Shown: positions 1 to 13,387, counted from the stretch's first letter. The stretch: DNA of 64,000 nt from Octopus sinensis (GCF_006345805.1 NC_043014.1:17980001-18044000); one strand, 5' to 3'. A program made the numbers and translations. The notes: a model not told the origin generated them from the sequence alone.

Positions 1-246
1 GTTTAATTGCAAGTTCGCATATATATATTCGTTTTTAGAAAACTCCATTTGCCTTACTGTCCATGCGGTATCCTGTGTATGAATATTATGTGGACAAGCC
101 ATCTGGCCATATTTGTTTTCGTCGAAGAACAGTTTTGACCTTAACGTCAAAATTCATCTTCTCATGAAGCAAGAAATTATTATATTTTACGACTTTTATT
201 ACCTGTTTCTCTCGTAGAATAGCTGTCTGACAAGCAGGCTCACTTA

Positions 247-249
<3 letters not shown>

Positions 250-288
<39 letters not shown>

Positions 289-320
289 CACAGCTTAAGT
301 GTTCTGTACTCAACAATCAG

Positions 321-389
<69 letters not shown>

Positions 390-1539
390 CAATGCCATCA
401 CCACCATTCTTCTGCCACCACCATGTGATTAGTATAATATATATGCGATGATTATACTTTAAGAAAAACACTAACCTGGGTTTCATCATAGAACACACCA
501 TTTCTTCGAAACGTAATTCAACCAATTATGGCGCCCACTTATATGCACGGCTGGATACGAATGGGGGATAATAAAATAGTAATGGATTCTCTTCCCCTTA
601 CCCGCAGAACTCCAAAGAGATAATGTTTGGAAGTGTTCCACAATCTCCGACCTGGAAATCTACATCAACATCGGAAATCTAAATCAACATCTCCCAGAAT
701 ATTCTCAAAATACATTGTTGTTTATACCATTCATTAATGGTATAGAAAATGTATGTATTGAATGCAGTTATTCTTGTACTTGGCTTGTTAGTTTCATTCA
801 CCTCGAAAGAATGCAATTCTAAGTTGACCACGATGAGATTTGAACTCAAGACAGGGAGAGTCGAAATAAATATACAAATATTGTAAGACATTGTTCTTGA
901 CGCTAAACCAGTTCTGTTAATCCCCCAATATTTTATATACAGGCGGAAGGCCGCATATTTTGAGAGGTGCAACAGTCGCTTATATCAACAACAAAAATTC
1001 TGAGGGAAAAAGATTAGTCGATTAAATTGACACTAATATTTTGCCTGATATTTTATCCTTAATAATATCTAACATATCCATAATTATTTCTAGTATAGAC
1101 AGTTTTACTGGTCCCTGAATTGAATCTGGTGGCGTGATACGAAAACTCGCGCGCGTGCGTACGCACGAAGAGGCGTAAGTAATCAAAAAAATGTTGGACG
1201 TTTATAGTTCTGCCACCAAGTGAATTATAGAAATGACAAGGCCAACAGATTTAACATGGAATCTAACTTGCTATCTCAGGAAATAACACTGAGATTACGA
1301 AAATGAAAACATTTCAAGGAGTATTCTGTATAAATTACACAAGTTAACTGACTGCAAGCAAATTCGTGCTTATATACATACATACAGACATACATGTATG
1401 CGTATATGTGTGTGTGTATACGGTGTGTGTGTGTGTGTGTGTGCGTGTGCGTATGTGTGCATGCATGTGTGTGTTGCCTTCAAGATATGTATGTATAGAG
1501 GTTGTATGTATATGTAAATGTATGTAAATGCCTCTCGCA

Positions 1540-1577
<38 letters not shown>

Positions 1578-1609
1578 CACAGCTTAAGTGTTCTGTACTC
1601 AACAATCAG

Positions 1610-1678
<69 letters not shown>

Positions 1679-2846
1679 CAATGCCATCACCACCATTCTT
1701 CTGCCACCACCATGTGATTAGTATAATATATATGCGATGATTATACTTTAAGAAAAACACTAACCTGGGTTTCATCATAGAACACACCATTTCTTCGAAA
1801 CGTAATTCAACCAATTATGGCGCCCACTTATATGCACGGCTGGATACGAATGGGGGATAATAAAATAGTAATGGATTCTCTTCCCCTTACCCGCAGAACT
1901 CCCAAAGAGATAATGTTTGGAAGTGTTCCACAATCTCCGACCTGGAAATCTACATCAACATCGGAAATCTAAATCAACATCTCCCAGAATATTCTCAAAA
2001 TACATTGTTGTTTATACCATTCATTAATGGTATAGAAAATGTATGTATTGAATGCAGTTATTCTTGTACTTGGCTTGTTAGTTTCATTCACCTCGAAAGA
2101 ATGCAATTCTAAGTTGACCACGATGAGATTTGAACTCAAGACAGGGAGAGTCGAAATAAATATACAAATATTGTAAGACATTGTTCTTGACGCTAAACCA
2201 GTTCTGTTAATCCCCCAATATTTTATATACAGGCGGAAGCCGCATATTTTGAGAGGTGCAACAGTCGCTTATATCAACAACAAAAATTCTGAGGGAAAAA
2301 GATTAGTCGATTAAATTGACACTAATATTTTGCCTGATATTTTATCCTTAATAATATCTAACATATCCATAATTATTTCTAGTATAGACAGTTTTACTGG
2401 TCCCTGAATTGAATCTGGTGGCGTGATACGAAAACTCGCGCGCGTGCGTACGCACGAAGAGGCGTAAGTAATCAAAAAAATTGTTGGACGTTTATAGTTC
2501 TGCCACCAAGTGAATTATAGAAATGACAAGGCCAACAGATTTAACATGGAATCTAACTTTGCTATCTCAGGAAATAACACTGAGATTACGAAAATGAAAA
2601 CATTTCAAGGAGTATTCTGTATAAATTACACAAGTTAACTGACTGCAAGCAAATTCGTGCTTATATACATACATACAGACATACATGTATGCGTATATGT
2701 GTGTGTGTATACGGTGTGTGTGTGTGTGTGTGTGCGTGTGCGTATGTGTGCATGCATGTGTGTGTTGCCTTCAAGATATGTATGTATAGAGGTTGTATGT
2801 ATATGTAAATGTATGTAAATGCCTCTCGCACTCTTTCTCTCTCTCT
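250..2846. repeat. Near-perfect tandem duplication, unit ~1290 bp, two copies, junctions in (CT)n tracts
   Basis: Same sequence at offset 1289-1291 (e.g. cattcacagc at 285 and 1574; ORFs 310..525 and 1599..1814 identical). Differences are mainly 1-bp homopolymer indels. Confidence 0.95.
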
Positions 2847-2942
2847 CCTCCTTTCTCATTGCTCGACACATACAAACATATACTCGTATGTACGCATGTA
2901 TGTGTGTATGTATGTGTGTATGTATGTATGTATATATATATA

Positions 2943-2988
<46 letters not shown>

Positions 2989-3473
2989 TATATATAGATA
3001 GATAGAGATATGTTCATTTATTTTTATCCGGTGAACTAATACAGTAGTTAAAACTTGTCCCACCCGTGTTGTCTTGTTTTTGTGCTCCATTTGTGTGCAT
3101 GTGTGTGTGATTGAGAGAGAGAGAGAGAGTGTGTGTGTGTGTGTGTGTGAGAGAGTGTGTATCCTCATCTTTCCTGCTTTACAACCTCAAAACCAAGTCA
3201 GGCAGTTGTAAAACTTATCAGTAAAAAACAAAAGCTTCAAGAGTGTCTGTCCGACAGACATAATAAAATCAAGTATTTCGGGAGAAGTATAGGGGAGCAA
3301 AGGTACCACAACGACGCCAAACTCTCCATGGAGTCGCGTTTGGTGTGTATTCGGCTAGTTCAAACATTAATAGTACTGAGAGTGATTGTGGCACTTGCAG
3401 GAGTGGTGTAGGTAGTGGTTGTAGTGGTAGTGTTGATTGTGGAAGCAGTAACGGTAGTGGTAGTTGCTGAAGT

Positions 3474-3537
<64 letters not shown>

Positions 3538-3710
3538 ATGTGATAGCAGTAGTGGTTTCAGGTTATGACCCGGGGCCAGCAATTTCGTGGGGAGTGCGTA
3601 TGTCAATTACTCAGAACATAAAGACGGAAGAAATGCCTCTGTAACGATTCTACTAGCGCGCCGCCTTCGTATTAGGAATAGTATTAGAAATAAGTATAGA
3701 GACAGTAGAA

Positions 3711-3920
3711 AAGCGGCGTGCTGGCAGGTCCGTTAGCATGTCGGGCAAGATGCTTAGTGTCTGTCTGTACGTTCTGTGTTCAAATTCCGCCGAGGTCGAC
3801 TTTGCCTTTCATCCTTTCGGGATCGATTAAAATAAGTCCCATTTGAGTACTGGGGTTGGTGTTATCAACTTACCCTCTCTCTCAAATCTACAGGCCTTGT
3901 GACATTAATTTGAAACCAAT
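3711..3920 (+). mobile_element. tRNA-derived SINE, family A (Deu/Nin-like central domain)
   Basis: ggcg.gctggcag head, gttcaaattccgccgagg B-box region, tttgcctttcatcctttcggg.tcgat core. Many copies in this window. Confidence 0.85.
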
Positions 3921-4632
3921 ATTCGAGATAGCAGCAGTAGTATTACTAGCAGCAGCAGTAGTAGTAATAGTAGTATACAATGGGGCGAGGATTTACGGGT
4001 CACGGCCATTTTCCTTTTGCCAACTACGAAGTGAAGGCTTCTTTCTGCCGGCCTGAAACATGCGATGTTGCTGCATTTTTTCAAAAAGTAATTGGATTTA
4101 AAAGTAAAATACGATCTTCCTGGACCCAGATAGTGGGTCTGTGGTTCTTGAAGTGAGCAGCGGTAGTTTCCGCTGCTCCACAACGCTGACGAAGGCCAGA
4201 CAGCCAGATTTCTTCGCGAATTTTCTTTAAATGTCTCGCTCGTTAGCATGAGTAGGTGGCTCACGATTACATCTAAATAGACTTGGATAAATTACTGCAA
4301 AGCATTTAGTTGTCGGGATTGCACAGACTTGTACGAATCTGACTACAGTGTCAACGACAAGCGCCAACTTCGCAAAATCTTTGGCAAAAAGTCTTTCTTG
4401 GGCTTGAAATTGAGGAGGTCCCCACTCTGCAGCGTCACCACTTTCCAGTTTGTGTAATTTCGAAGATTACCATTTTGCTGCCAATTGCATTAGACATCTA
4501 CCATTAAAAGATTTGACATATCTGGCTTATAACAATAAAATTTGTCCATCCAGAAGGGCTGCGGTCTAATGATTGAAGCAAGTAAAAGATCAGGGCTAAC
4601 CTGACGGTAAGATTGCGCAACAAGAACAGCGT

Positions 4633-4815
4633 GGAGGGGCAATGGCCCAGTAGTTAGGGCAGCGGACTCGCGGTCGTAAGAACGTGGTTTCGATTCCCAG
4701 ACCGGGCATTGTGAGTGTTTATTGAGCAAAAACACCTAAGCTCCACGAAGCTTCGGCGGTGGGGTGATGAACCCCGCTCTACTCTTTCACCACAACTTTC
4801 TCTCACTCTTTCTTC
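4633..4815 (+). mobile_element. tRNA-derived SINE (different body from family A)
   Basis: A-box-like tggcccagtagtt and B-box-like ggtttcgattccc, followed by a non-tRNA body. Confidence 0.7.
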
Positions 4816-5968
4816 CTACTTCTGCCACAAAGCAGAGGAACCGTGGTGTAACCCACTATGGTGTAGTAAACTTTCAGACCCTAGTCTAGATTGCGAATCC
4901 TCTGTACCACAGAATGGTTCAGCTCTCCATCCGATGAAAGCCACCGTTTAAAGAATGAGGATAACAACGTAGCTTTCCCGCCCGTGCAACCGCCAGTCTA
5001 TCGCATGTGGTGGGTGGATCTTCACGCTACCACACGCATTCTTAGTAGCTTAGAATAGGCTCGAATTAGAGATTATTCTTTGTGGCTAATGGCGTGAGTC
5101 CTGATTGGAGAAGAAGAAGAAGAAGAAGAAGAAGAAGAAGAAGAAGAAGAAGAAGAAGAAGAAGAAGAAGGCAACAACATCAAGAACAACAACAGCGACA
5201 ACAAACAACTATAGACATTCTTCCATCTTTATTGCAAGAATGCCTTAGATATCAGAGACCCTTTCAAAGACCAAGGGTCACGTTTTTTCCCTCATACAAC
5301 AATAAAGGCAATATAACCATCAAAAGTACCATTTTTTTACTTGATTGACCGATTGACAAATGTTTGCTTCTTCTTGTAGTATTTTCTCTTCCATATCTTG
5401 TTTCTTAAACCTTTTCTATGTCTGTCAACATTGGCAGCACAGCCGTAAGTAAACAGAGAAAGAAATCGAGAAAGATTAAACTAGAAAAAAAGTAAAAAGA
5501 AACACGATGATGACGGTGGTGTCTGTAGTGATAGAGTTTGCGTGAAAAGTTTCTCGAAGCCAGCTGTAAGTAAGTCTTTCAACAAGTTAATTCGTTGCTG
5601 CAGAATATCTCACCGAAGTTGCTAGAAGCCCCTACCTAAACGTCCCCTTCATTCTGCCCATTTCTCTCTTGACTTCACAACTTATGTCTCTCATCTGTCT
5701 TTTTCTATTTTCTCTCCCCACCCTCTCTCTTTCAGAAACACATTTAATCGTCAGGGAGATTATACATTGTAGCTTACTCATCAGGAAAAAGCAACCAAAT
5801 TTCCCTCAATCATTGTGAAAGGGAAGGGTACACTAAATACTATAGTTCACGATACGCACTGCCAGACAGCTGGGTGTGATAGCCATCCCTGGAACGGCTT
5901 TAGTGATGGGGATCGTTAGGGTGAGCATGACTGAAGGTTTAAGAGCAGCAGAAACAAGAGCAGTATAA

Positions 5969-6201
5969 GGTGGTGAGCTGGCAGAAACGTTAGCACGCCG
6001 GGCGAATTCCTTAGCGGTTTTTCGTCTGTCTTTATGTTCTGAGTTCAAATACCGCCGAGATCGACTTTACCTTTCATCCTTTCGGGGTCGATAAATTAAA
6101 TACCAGTTACGCACTGGGGTCGATGTAATCGACTTAATCCGTTTGTCTACCCTTGTTTGTCCCCTCTATGTTTAGCCCCCTGTGGGCAATAAAGAAATAA
6201 G
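5969..6201 (+). mobile_element. SINE family A, near full length (a further 3' fragment lies at ~6380-6470)
   Basis: High identity to copies at 40362-40592 (-) and 60857-61075 (+). Confidence 0.9.
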
Positions 6202-6482
6202 TAACAACAGTAGCAACTTAAAGCTAATAATGGATTTACTTGTTCGTAAAACTAATAACTCTTGTTTCGAGTAATACAGCGTTTATTTTCATTTTTTATT
6301 TTATTATGACCTGAAAGATTCTTGTCTATGAAATGCGTGAATAATCGCACTTAATCAAATTTATTAACTGATTTTATTGAATTAAGTACCAGTTGCGGTA
6401 CAGGAGTCAATCTAATCGACTGGCCCTTGCCCCAAAATTTCGGGCTTTGTGTCTAGAGTAGAAAAGATTATTATTATTATTA

Positions 6483-6533
<51 letters not shown>

Positions 6534-6879
6534 ATGCGTATGACCATGCAAGTAGGGTCCAGTTAGAATTTTGTTCAGGTCGTGTAACCCATCCCTCTCA
6601 AAAGATCCCTGAATAAGGGTTGTTTAAGGGTGATGAACAAAACACCCATGTTTCCAGAGGTGAATTATTCAATACCCAAAGAATTTCTCTCAACACATAG
6701 CTATGATGCCCCTCACCACTCCTGTTCGTGATCAGAGATGCACAAAACGTCAGCCATTAAGGGACATGTTCAACTGGTTAAGGTCGAACAACTGATAAGC
6801 AAATCTGTGGTATTGAGCAGAATATTTGGTGTTCATGATAACACTGTATGTATGCAAATATATATTTGCAACAAAACGC

Positions 6880-6944
<65 letters not shown>

Positions 6945-7032
6945 GTATTTATACACACACACATACATATATTAATACATATTTGTGTATACATACATTA
7001 TATATATATATATGTATATATATATAATATAT

Positions 7033-7078
<46 letters not shown>

Positions 7079-7113
7079 ATATGCATACATATATATACTT
7101 ATATACACACACT

Positions 7114-7188
<75 letters not shown>

Positions 7189-7713
7189 ACTCTAAGGAGT
7201 GAGAAAGAAGAACGGTAGCTGTTAATATAAACGAATAAGCAGAAGTAAGAAACGAAGTGAGGTGTGAATGGATCGTTTCCAGCCTTTGAATGATTGACAT
7301 CTTCAAGAAATCAAGTCAGCGAGTATCTAAACCATCACCACCCTCTACCAACCATTCCATTTCGCACCCCATTCTCTCGCCATTGCCATTTAGCTTGAGC
7401 CTTCACTTACATACTTTCCTTATTTTACAGGACTACTTAGCCTACATTTAAGAATTAATGTTCATACAAATTTCACACTTTATACAATGTGTGTAACTGC
7501 ATACATAATACATACAGTTATACGTATATACTGGCACACAGTTATGCGTGTGAGTGTGTGTGTGTGTGTACAATGCATTTATGTGACTATGTATGTGTCA
7601 AAGAGCTCATGTGTGTGAGTGTGTGTTTAAAGTTACATCCGTTGCTTAATGTTTTTAGATTTTATTCTTATACTTAATCGATTCTTTTTACTACCGCACA
7701 CGTACACAGATTC

Positions 7714-7750
<37 letters not shown>

Positions 7751-7849
7751 TACATATAATCATTTATATATGTCTATATATACATATATATATATTTATA
7801 CATACATATCTATATATATACATATATATAATATATATATATACATACG

Positions 7850-7885
<36 letters not shown>

Positions 7886-7969
7886 TCTATCTATCAATCT
7901 ATCTATCTATATATATGTATAAATGCGCACATGTACTATACCCACATCTGTCTAGATATTGATACTGAT

Positions 7970-8017
<48 letters not shown>

Positions 8018-10967
8018 TAATATATATATATATACATACAAATATGTGTGTGCGCGTATCTGTGTTCGATTACACGGCACGTTGGACATGTGTGTTCTAC
8101 TCTAATAAAAACAGAAAATGACTTCTACAAATAAACTCAAGTGGGCCAATGCCATGAATCTTGAAAAACAGTTGAAGGGTAATTAGTCTTCGTGCCAGAC
8201 CACATTTCGGCACCATTCAAAGGTAGCACAACTTATTTATAGCTTTTCAAAATTTACATGTCTGTAGATGTTATTCGGGTATGGTAACGATTCTGGGTGG
8301 CGTTCATGAAGTTATAATCTATTAAAATGTATCGCATATCGCATTTTTGATGTTGGTGCATATCCTGGTTCAAAGTGATGTTCAGGACATTTTTCAATGT
8401 TTTATAGTAACACGTTTAGTGTTTTATATAATTTTATAAGATGAGACCTTATTCAAGTCGTGTTGAGATTCTTCCTCCTACAAGCCGTGCTGAGATTCTT
8501 CCACGCGTTTTCCCTCAAATTTTGTCTTAATTTGTTTTAATCCTGTTTTATCTAGGAACATCAGGTACACGAAGCACGCACCTCCGCATGCTCACAAATA
8601 CACACTCATGTTTTCGATACTACAGTACTGTAACCTGCGCACCGCTATGCCTGTCAGATCATTTGGCTTGGTTTGTTGCTTGGCAATATGCATCAATGCA
8701 ATAATTGCATGTTTCCAGTTCCATGGCTACAACTGATTCGAGTATAGTGCTTATCCAGTGTCCGACTTATCATCATCGTTTGTGAATCCATAACCAGTAG
8801 GGCTTGATGCTTCAGAGTTAACTTGTAGATGGCACTTTCAAAATGGTGTTTGATAGTTGACTGGTTGAAAATATACGAACAGGGGGACTCTACAGGCACT
8901 AACAGTGTCGTGGATGTTTTTAAGTGAGCTTACCAATGTGCTGATGTCAACAAGTCGCGTAAGGTTGAATTATTAAGTGATGTTCTAGAAGCAAAGACGA
9001 AACCATCATCAAACTCCTTAAGTGTGATAACTGCCTTTGAGTCCTATTTGCTGATGCAGGTAGAGCATGGACAAACAGACGTGTGTTAATTTCATGCTAG
9101 GGGTGCAACTCAGATACTTCCCCACACTCATCTTCTGTCAATTTACTGTTTGTGTATGCATGTAAGCGGTTTAGATACTGGTTCAACTGATTTCTGTGTA
9201 AGCGAAGACAGTATATGGAAATTTTGGTTTCATATTTTAAAGGAATTATCATTATATGTGACTCAAGATTTTATGTTATTCATACATTTTAAAACTATTG
9301 TTTTCTGCTAGTCCAATGCTCATGGACAGCATGTTTTTGAAGAGAATAATTAAATAAAAGACAAGCGATTAATATTTATAATATCTATGTAATTGTCTTA
9401 ATTTTAAATAAGATATTTAGTGAGTGAGAAAGAAGTCATAAAATGTCAGTTGGAATCACACATAGTTTTAGAGATTAACAGAAAGAATTTTCAATGTATG
9501 TAACTCATTTCTTTTTCTGCTCGTCGAAAACAAGTAGTTAAATTTCGAATCGAATTATGACAATGATGTTTTCCAAAATTAATTTTTTTTAAGTATCGTG
9601 TGTGTACGTTATAAATAGTTGAATTATAACTAAGTGAGCGAGTCACGTATACGCAATCTTCTTTTGTTGTTTACGAAGAAGGTCCGTGAAGGTCTGTGAG
9701 CATACCACACGTTTTGTCATAATATGGGAACTTTATCTCCAGCAAGTGACTAGTTGTCATGCATAGATAGAGCAATGGTTCAAGCCCAATATCTCTTTTA
9801 TTACCGAATAAAACTGTGTTAGTTCTTGAAAAGTGTCATGTAGAATGCTTAGTGAGTAAGACGGACCTAGCCTCGTCCACTCTAGAATAGTTCAGTTTTC
9901 ATCACCATGGTCTCAACACGGACCAAAATTTCTTGGTCCAACACTACTTATCTTACCACCTCACACCTATTTACACTATTACTACGTTAGATGTCAATCT
10001 AATTAATGATTATAATAATGGTCAGCAGTGTAAAATATATGAAAAACATGATCTCATATGTAGATACAAAAGTTAGTATCAAACACTGTTTGCCAATTCA
10101 GTTTTTCCCAGAACATGGTTGTGGAGTACGAGACTGGTATCCTTTCATTTTACTCCCCACTATCCTAATTGCTTTGATTCTCTTACCTACCCTGTATGCT
10201 GTTTCCCCTATGTAGGCTGTAGTAAGGTTTTAGCAGTATTCTTCTAAGAACCACATACACTAAATATGTTTCTAATTCAACAGCTTGCCCGTGGGTTAGT
10301 TTGCTAAGTCTATCATTGCTATTAGTACGGTTTTCTCTTAAATCTGACTAGTTTCGCTTCGCATAATATCTTTCCAAGTTTGTAAGCTAGTCCACTTCTG
10401 GCTGTAACATCGATACACTCTGCACCATAAAACTTACGACGTTTTTAAAGCCTATGTTGTATAGTTGTTTTCTTTTACATTCGAATCTTATCCATAATTT
10501 ACTCCCCTGTATGTGGTGTTTTCATTCGCATCATTTCTGATGGTAGTTCAAAGGTCCTTTTGATGACTAATCTACACAACATCAAATGCTCCTGTTGGGT
10601 ATATTGTGAGAAGTACATCATGTGATTGTTGCAAGGTTGAGGAATGCAGGATACATTTCTCATCACAGTTACTAGATTTGCTATCGAAATGTTTACCTAT
10701 ACATTCTCTGACATTGCGGAGCTGTGTGAAATAACGACAATTACTCGCGCAAACGAAAACGATGTTTTTCATGACTCTATTTTTTAACTATAGTAATATA
10801 TGTATATGATCTTCTATTGAGTTGTCTGGAGGAGTAACCAATGGTTATTTTGATGGTCTAGTAGGTGATCCACTTTATTCAGATCTGTTAGGGAGGACTT
10901 GATGATGTTGAAGATATTTCCATTTTATTTGAATAGAAGTGTGTGTGTGTGTGTGTATGTGTGTGTG

Positions 10968-11191
10968 CACGAGGGGGTGCCTAATAGTTACTAGGTTTAA
11001 GGATATCGCGAAAGGTTTGGTTGGAGGTCCAACATTCAGAGATCTTTTTCAGGGCTTAGAGGAACTGAAGGACTGCTGAAACAAGTGTGTGAATCTGAGA
11101 GGGAAATACATAAGTTGAACGAAATCATAATTAACTGATCCTCCTGTATTTTTTTTTACCCGAAGCCAGGGACTTATCAGCACCCCTCGTG
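10968..11191. mobile_element. Mariner-derived MITE / internal deletion derivative
   Basis: Terminal inverted repeats cacgagggggtgc ... gcacccctcgtg. Internal remnant reads CWNKCVNLRGKY, resembling a mariner C-terminus. Confidence 0.7.
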
Positions 11192-11195
11192 TGTG

Positions 11196-11240
<45 letters not shown>

Positions 11241-11510
11241 ATATATGTATGCATGTATGTATGTATAAAACGAGAGTTGGGTCTAATAAGTATCAAGTTG
11301 CGAATGTCTGTTTGTGCAAATATGTCTGTCAGGGTAAATGAATTTTCTTTCATTGTTATCTTTTTTTGTTTCCTTTAAAGCTGATAAAAATTTTTGGTGG
11401 GATTGAAAATGTTGATACAACCTTTCCAGAAAACTCCTTCTAGCATCATCTCAGTGGATGTCTTATTGGTAAATATTAAATACATGTATAATATATATAT
11501 ATACATGTAT

Positions 11511-11604
<94 letters not shown>

Positions 11605-11630
11605 TAGAGATAGAGATAGATAGAGAGATA

Positions 11631-11671
<41 letters not shown>

Positions 11672-11674
11672 GAG

Positions 11675-11712
<38 letters not shown>

Positions 11713-11888
11713 AATAAGCATGTACGTCGGCATAACGTATATTCATTTCGAAATGTAAAATAATCACTTCAAATGTTACCACAAACAATGAAACAAGCTT
11801 CATTGGTTAACCTGACATTTTGTTTTTCAAACCTCGGCAGCTCACAAATAGTATGTTTGGTGTGGACAATTCCAGTAATAATAATAAT

Positions 11889-12072
11889 GCAGTTCAAGAT
11901 TTAAGAGATGAGGAATTATGTACATAGTTTTCTTTATTTACAACTGACGGATATTTGTCCTCATCTTGTTTGTTGTTAACTCAACGTTTCGGCTGATACA
12001 CCCTCTAGCCTTCATCAGGTGTCTTGGGGAAATTTCGAACCTCGGTTCTCATTCCTAAGGTATTTTTCGATG
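11889..12072 (-). mobile_element. Hammerhead-containing retroelement body and 3' tail (same family as 52181-52460)
   Basis: About 90% identical to 52181-52460, including the tail tgtacataattcctcatctcttaaat..gaactgc. Confidence 0.85.
11978..12023 (-). ncRNA. Minimal type I hammerhead ribozyme, decayed copy (one stem I mismatch)
   Basis: Minus strand GACAC CUGAUGA A GGCU-loop-AGCC GAAA CG UU GAGUU. Stem I has an A.A mismatch relative to the 52326 copy. Confidence 0.7.
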
Positions 12073-12094
12073 TTGTTGTTATTATCATTATTAT

Positions 12095-13195
12095 TCTATG
12101 TTTGACTTTTGCTTTACATTTGCACAAGCTGACTCCAAGTTTCACCCAGAGACCTCAAGAGACAACAATTTGGAAGTTCCTGTTGGTGTTATGCGTAGGG
12201 TGCCATATATTTGGTTTTGTACTTAGTGTTGTACTAGTGAATGCCTAAAAAGCCATACGAAAATTATGTTTGTTTTAAAACTTGAGATTACATAGAAAGT
12301 ATTTTGCGTAGGATATGAGCAGTTCCCATGAGCACTATCTTTTGGATTTCTGCCATTTTGGGGTTTCCTGGTATCTGAGTTAGGTAGCAATCAGCCCCTT
12401 TTGCTATCACTCCCAGGGCACCTATGACAACAGGTATTGTTTTAGTCTTCAGGTTCCACATTTTGCTGATTTCTATTTCCAGATCTTTATATTTGCTCAG
12501 TTTCTGGTAGGTTTTGACAGATACGTTTATATTAATTGGGACAGTCATATCAATGAGGTGGCATGTTTTTTGTCTGAAGTCTTTTACTATGATATCTGGC
12601 CTATTCGCGTCTATCTTTCTCTCAGTTTGAATGGTGAAGTTCCAAAGGAGTGAGATGTGGTCATTTTCAAGCACTGGAGGTGGTTTGTGTTCCCACCAGT
12701 TTTTATCACGGGGCAAGTCCAGGCTTTTGCAAATTATCCAGTGAATATATTGTGCAGCTCTGTCATGCCTGTTGATATACTCTGTAGGTGCAAGAAGACT
12801 GCACTTGGAGACAACATGATCAATGGTTTCATTTTGTTGTTGACATACACGACATGTTGGGCTACTGCCGTTCTTGAATATGTTGACCTGGTAGTTCCTT
12901 GTAGGTAGGCATTGATCTTGAGCTGCTATGATAAACCCTTCTGTTTCAGATTTTAAGCCAGAGGCCATAGCTATTGATGTGTCAGGGCTTTATCAACATC
13001 TGCATTATTCACTCTCTTTGGGTATTTGCCATTGAAAAGTTTTTCTTGCCATTTATCATTCAGAATATCTAAGGCAGCAGTTTTAGCACGAGTTTTCATG
13101 TGCTTAGCTTTTTCTGTGCTTGTTTCTTGTGTCTAATTTCGAAATTTGTTGTATTCGGGATTCACTTAGATATTCCTTTGCCTGTTTTGTTACTG
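12095..13195 (-). mobile_element. 5'-truncated R4/Dong-like RLE non-LTR retrotransposon inserted in a (TAA)n array
   Basis: RLE-type C-terminal ORF plus 3' UTR ending in an AAT/AAC tract. The 5' end abuts (AAT)n. Upstream reading frame is broken by a TAG in place of W and a frameshift. Confidence 0.85.
12288..12968 (-). CDS. C-terminal part of R4/Dong-like retrotransposon protein: CCHC knuckle plus restriction-like endonuclease (fragment, not a full gene)
   Basis: ETEGFIIAAQDQ, CRVCQQQNETIDHVVSKC (C-X2-C-X8-H-X4-C), RHD, NRPDIIV..IDMTVP, KLSKYKDL, PVVIGALG motifs. Confidence 0.9.
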   Translation of the reverse strand: MASGLKSETEGFIIAAQDQCLPTRNYQVNIFKNGSSPTCRVCQQQNETIDHVVSKCSLLAPTEYINRHDRAAQYIHWIICKSLDLPRDKNWWEHKPPPVLENDHISLLWNFTIQTERKIDANRPDIIVKDFRQKTCHLIDMTVPININVSVKTYQKLSKYKDLEIEISKMWNLKTKTIPVVIGALGVIAKGADCYLTQIPGNPKMAEIQKIVLMGTAHILRKILSM

Positions 13196-13246
13196 AGTAT
13201 TATTATTATTATTATTATTGAGTGAGAGAGCAGTTCATGCCATCAA

Positions 13247-13280
<34 letters not shown>

Positions 13281-13284
<4 letters not shown>

Positions 13285-13387
13285 TCACTGCTTGGAATCG
13301 AGCTCGGAATCTTGGGGTTAGTAGCCCGCACTCTTAACCACTACGCCATATGCCCGTGGGTATATGGCGTAGTGGCGAAGAGCGCGG
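13281..13387 (-). mobile_element. tRNA-derived SINE head (13281-13356, minus) with a short head-to-head inverted copy (13358-13387)
   Basis: Minus strand cgggcatatggcgtagtggttaagagtgcgggctactaaccccaagattccgagctcgattcc: A box TGGCGTAGTGG and degenerate B box, followed by (AAT)n. Confidence 0.8.

Noticed and set aside
476-550. 75-bp AG...GT-bounded exon-like segment on the minus strand (also in the duplicate copy)
   Set aside because: Stop codons occur in all three frames.
8192-8229. Hammerhead-like arrangement on the minus strand (GUGCUA ... GAAA UGUG GUC UGGCAC)
   Set aside because: Stem I pairs, but the core is CCUUUGA, there is no stem II and stem III is not palindromic. It is compatible with chance.
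10250-10900. Possible highly decayed RTE-like RT fragment (YGAEC motif) on the minus strand
   Set aside because: One short motif only, so it cannot be supported without an alignment.
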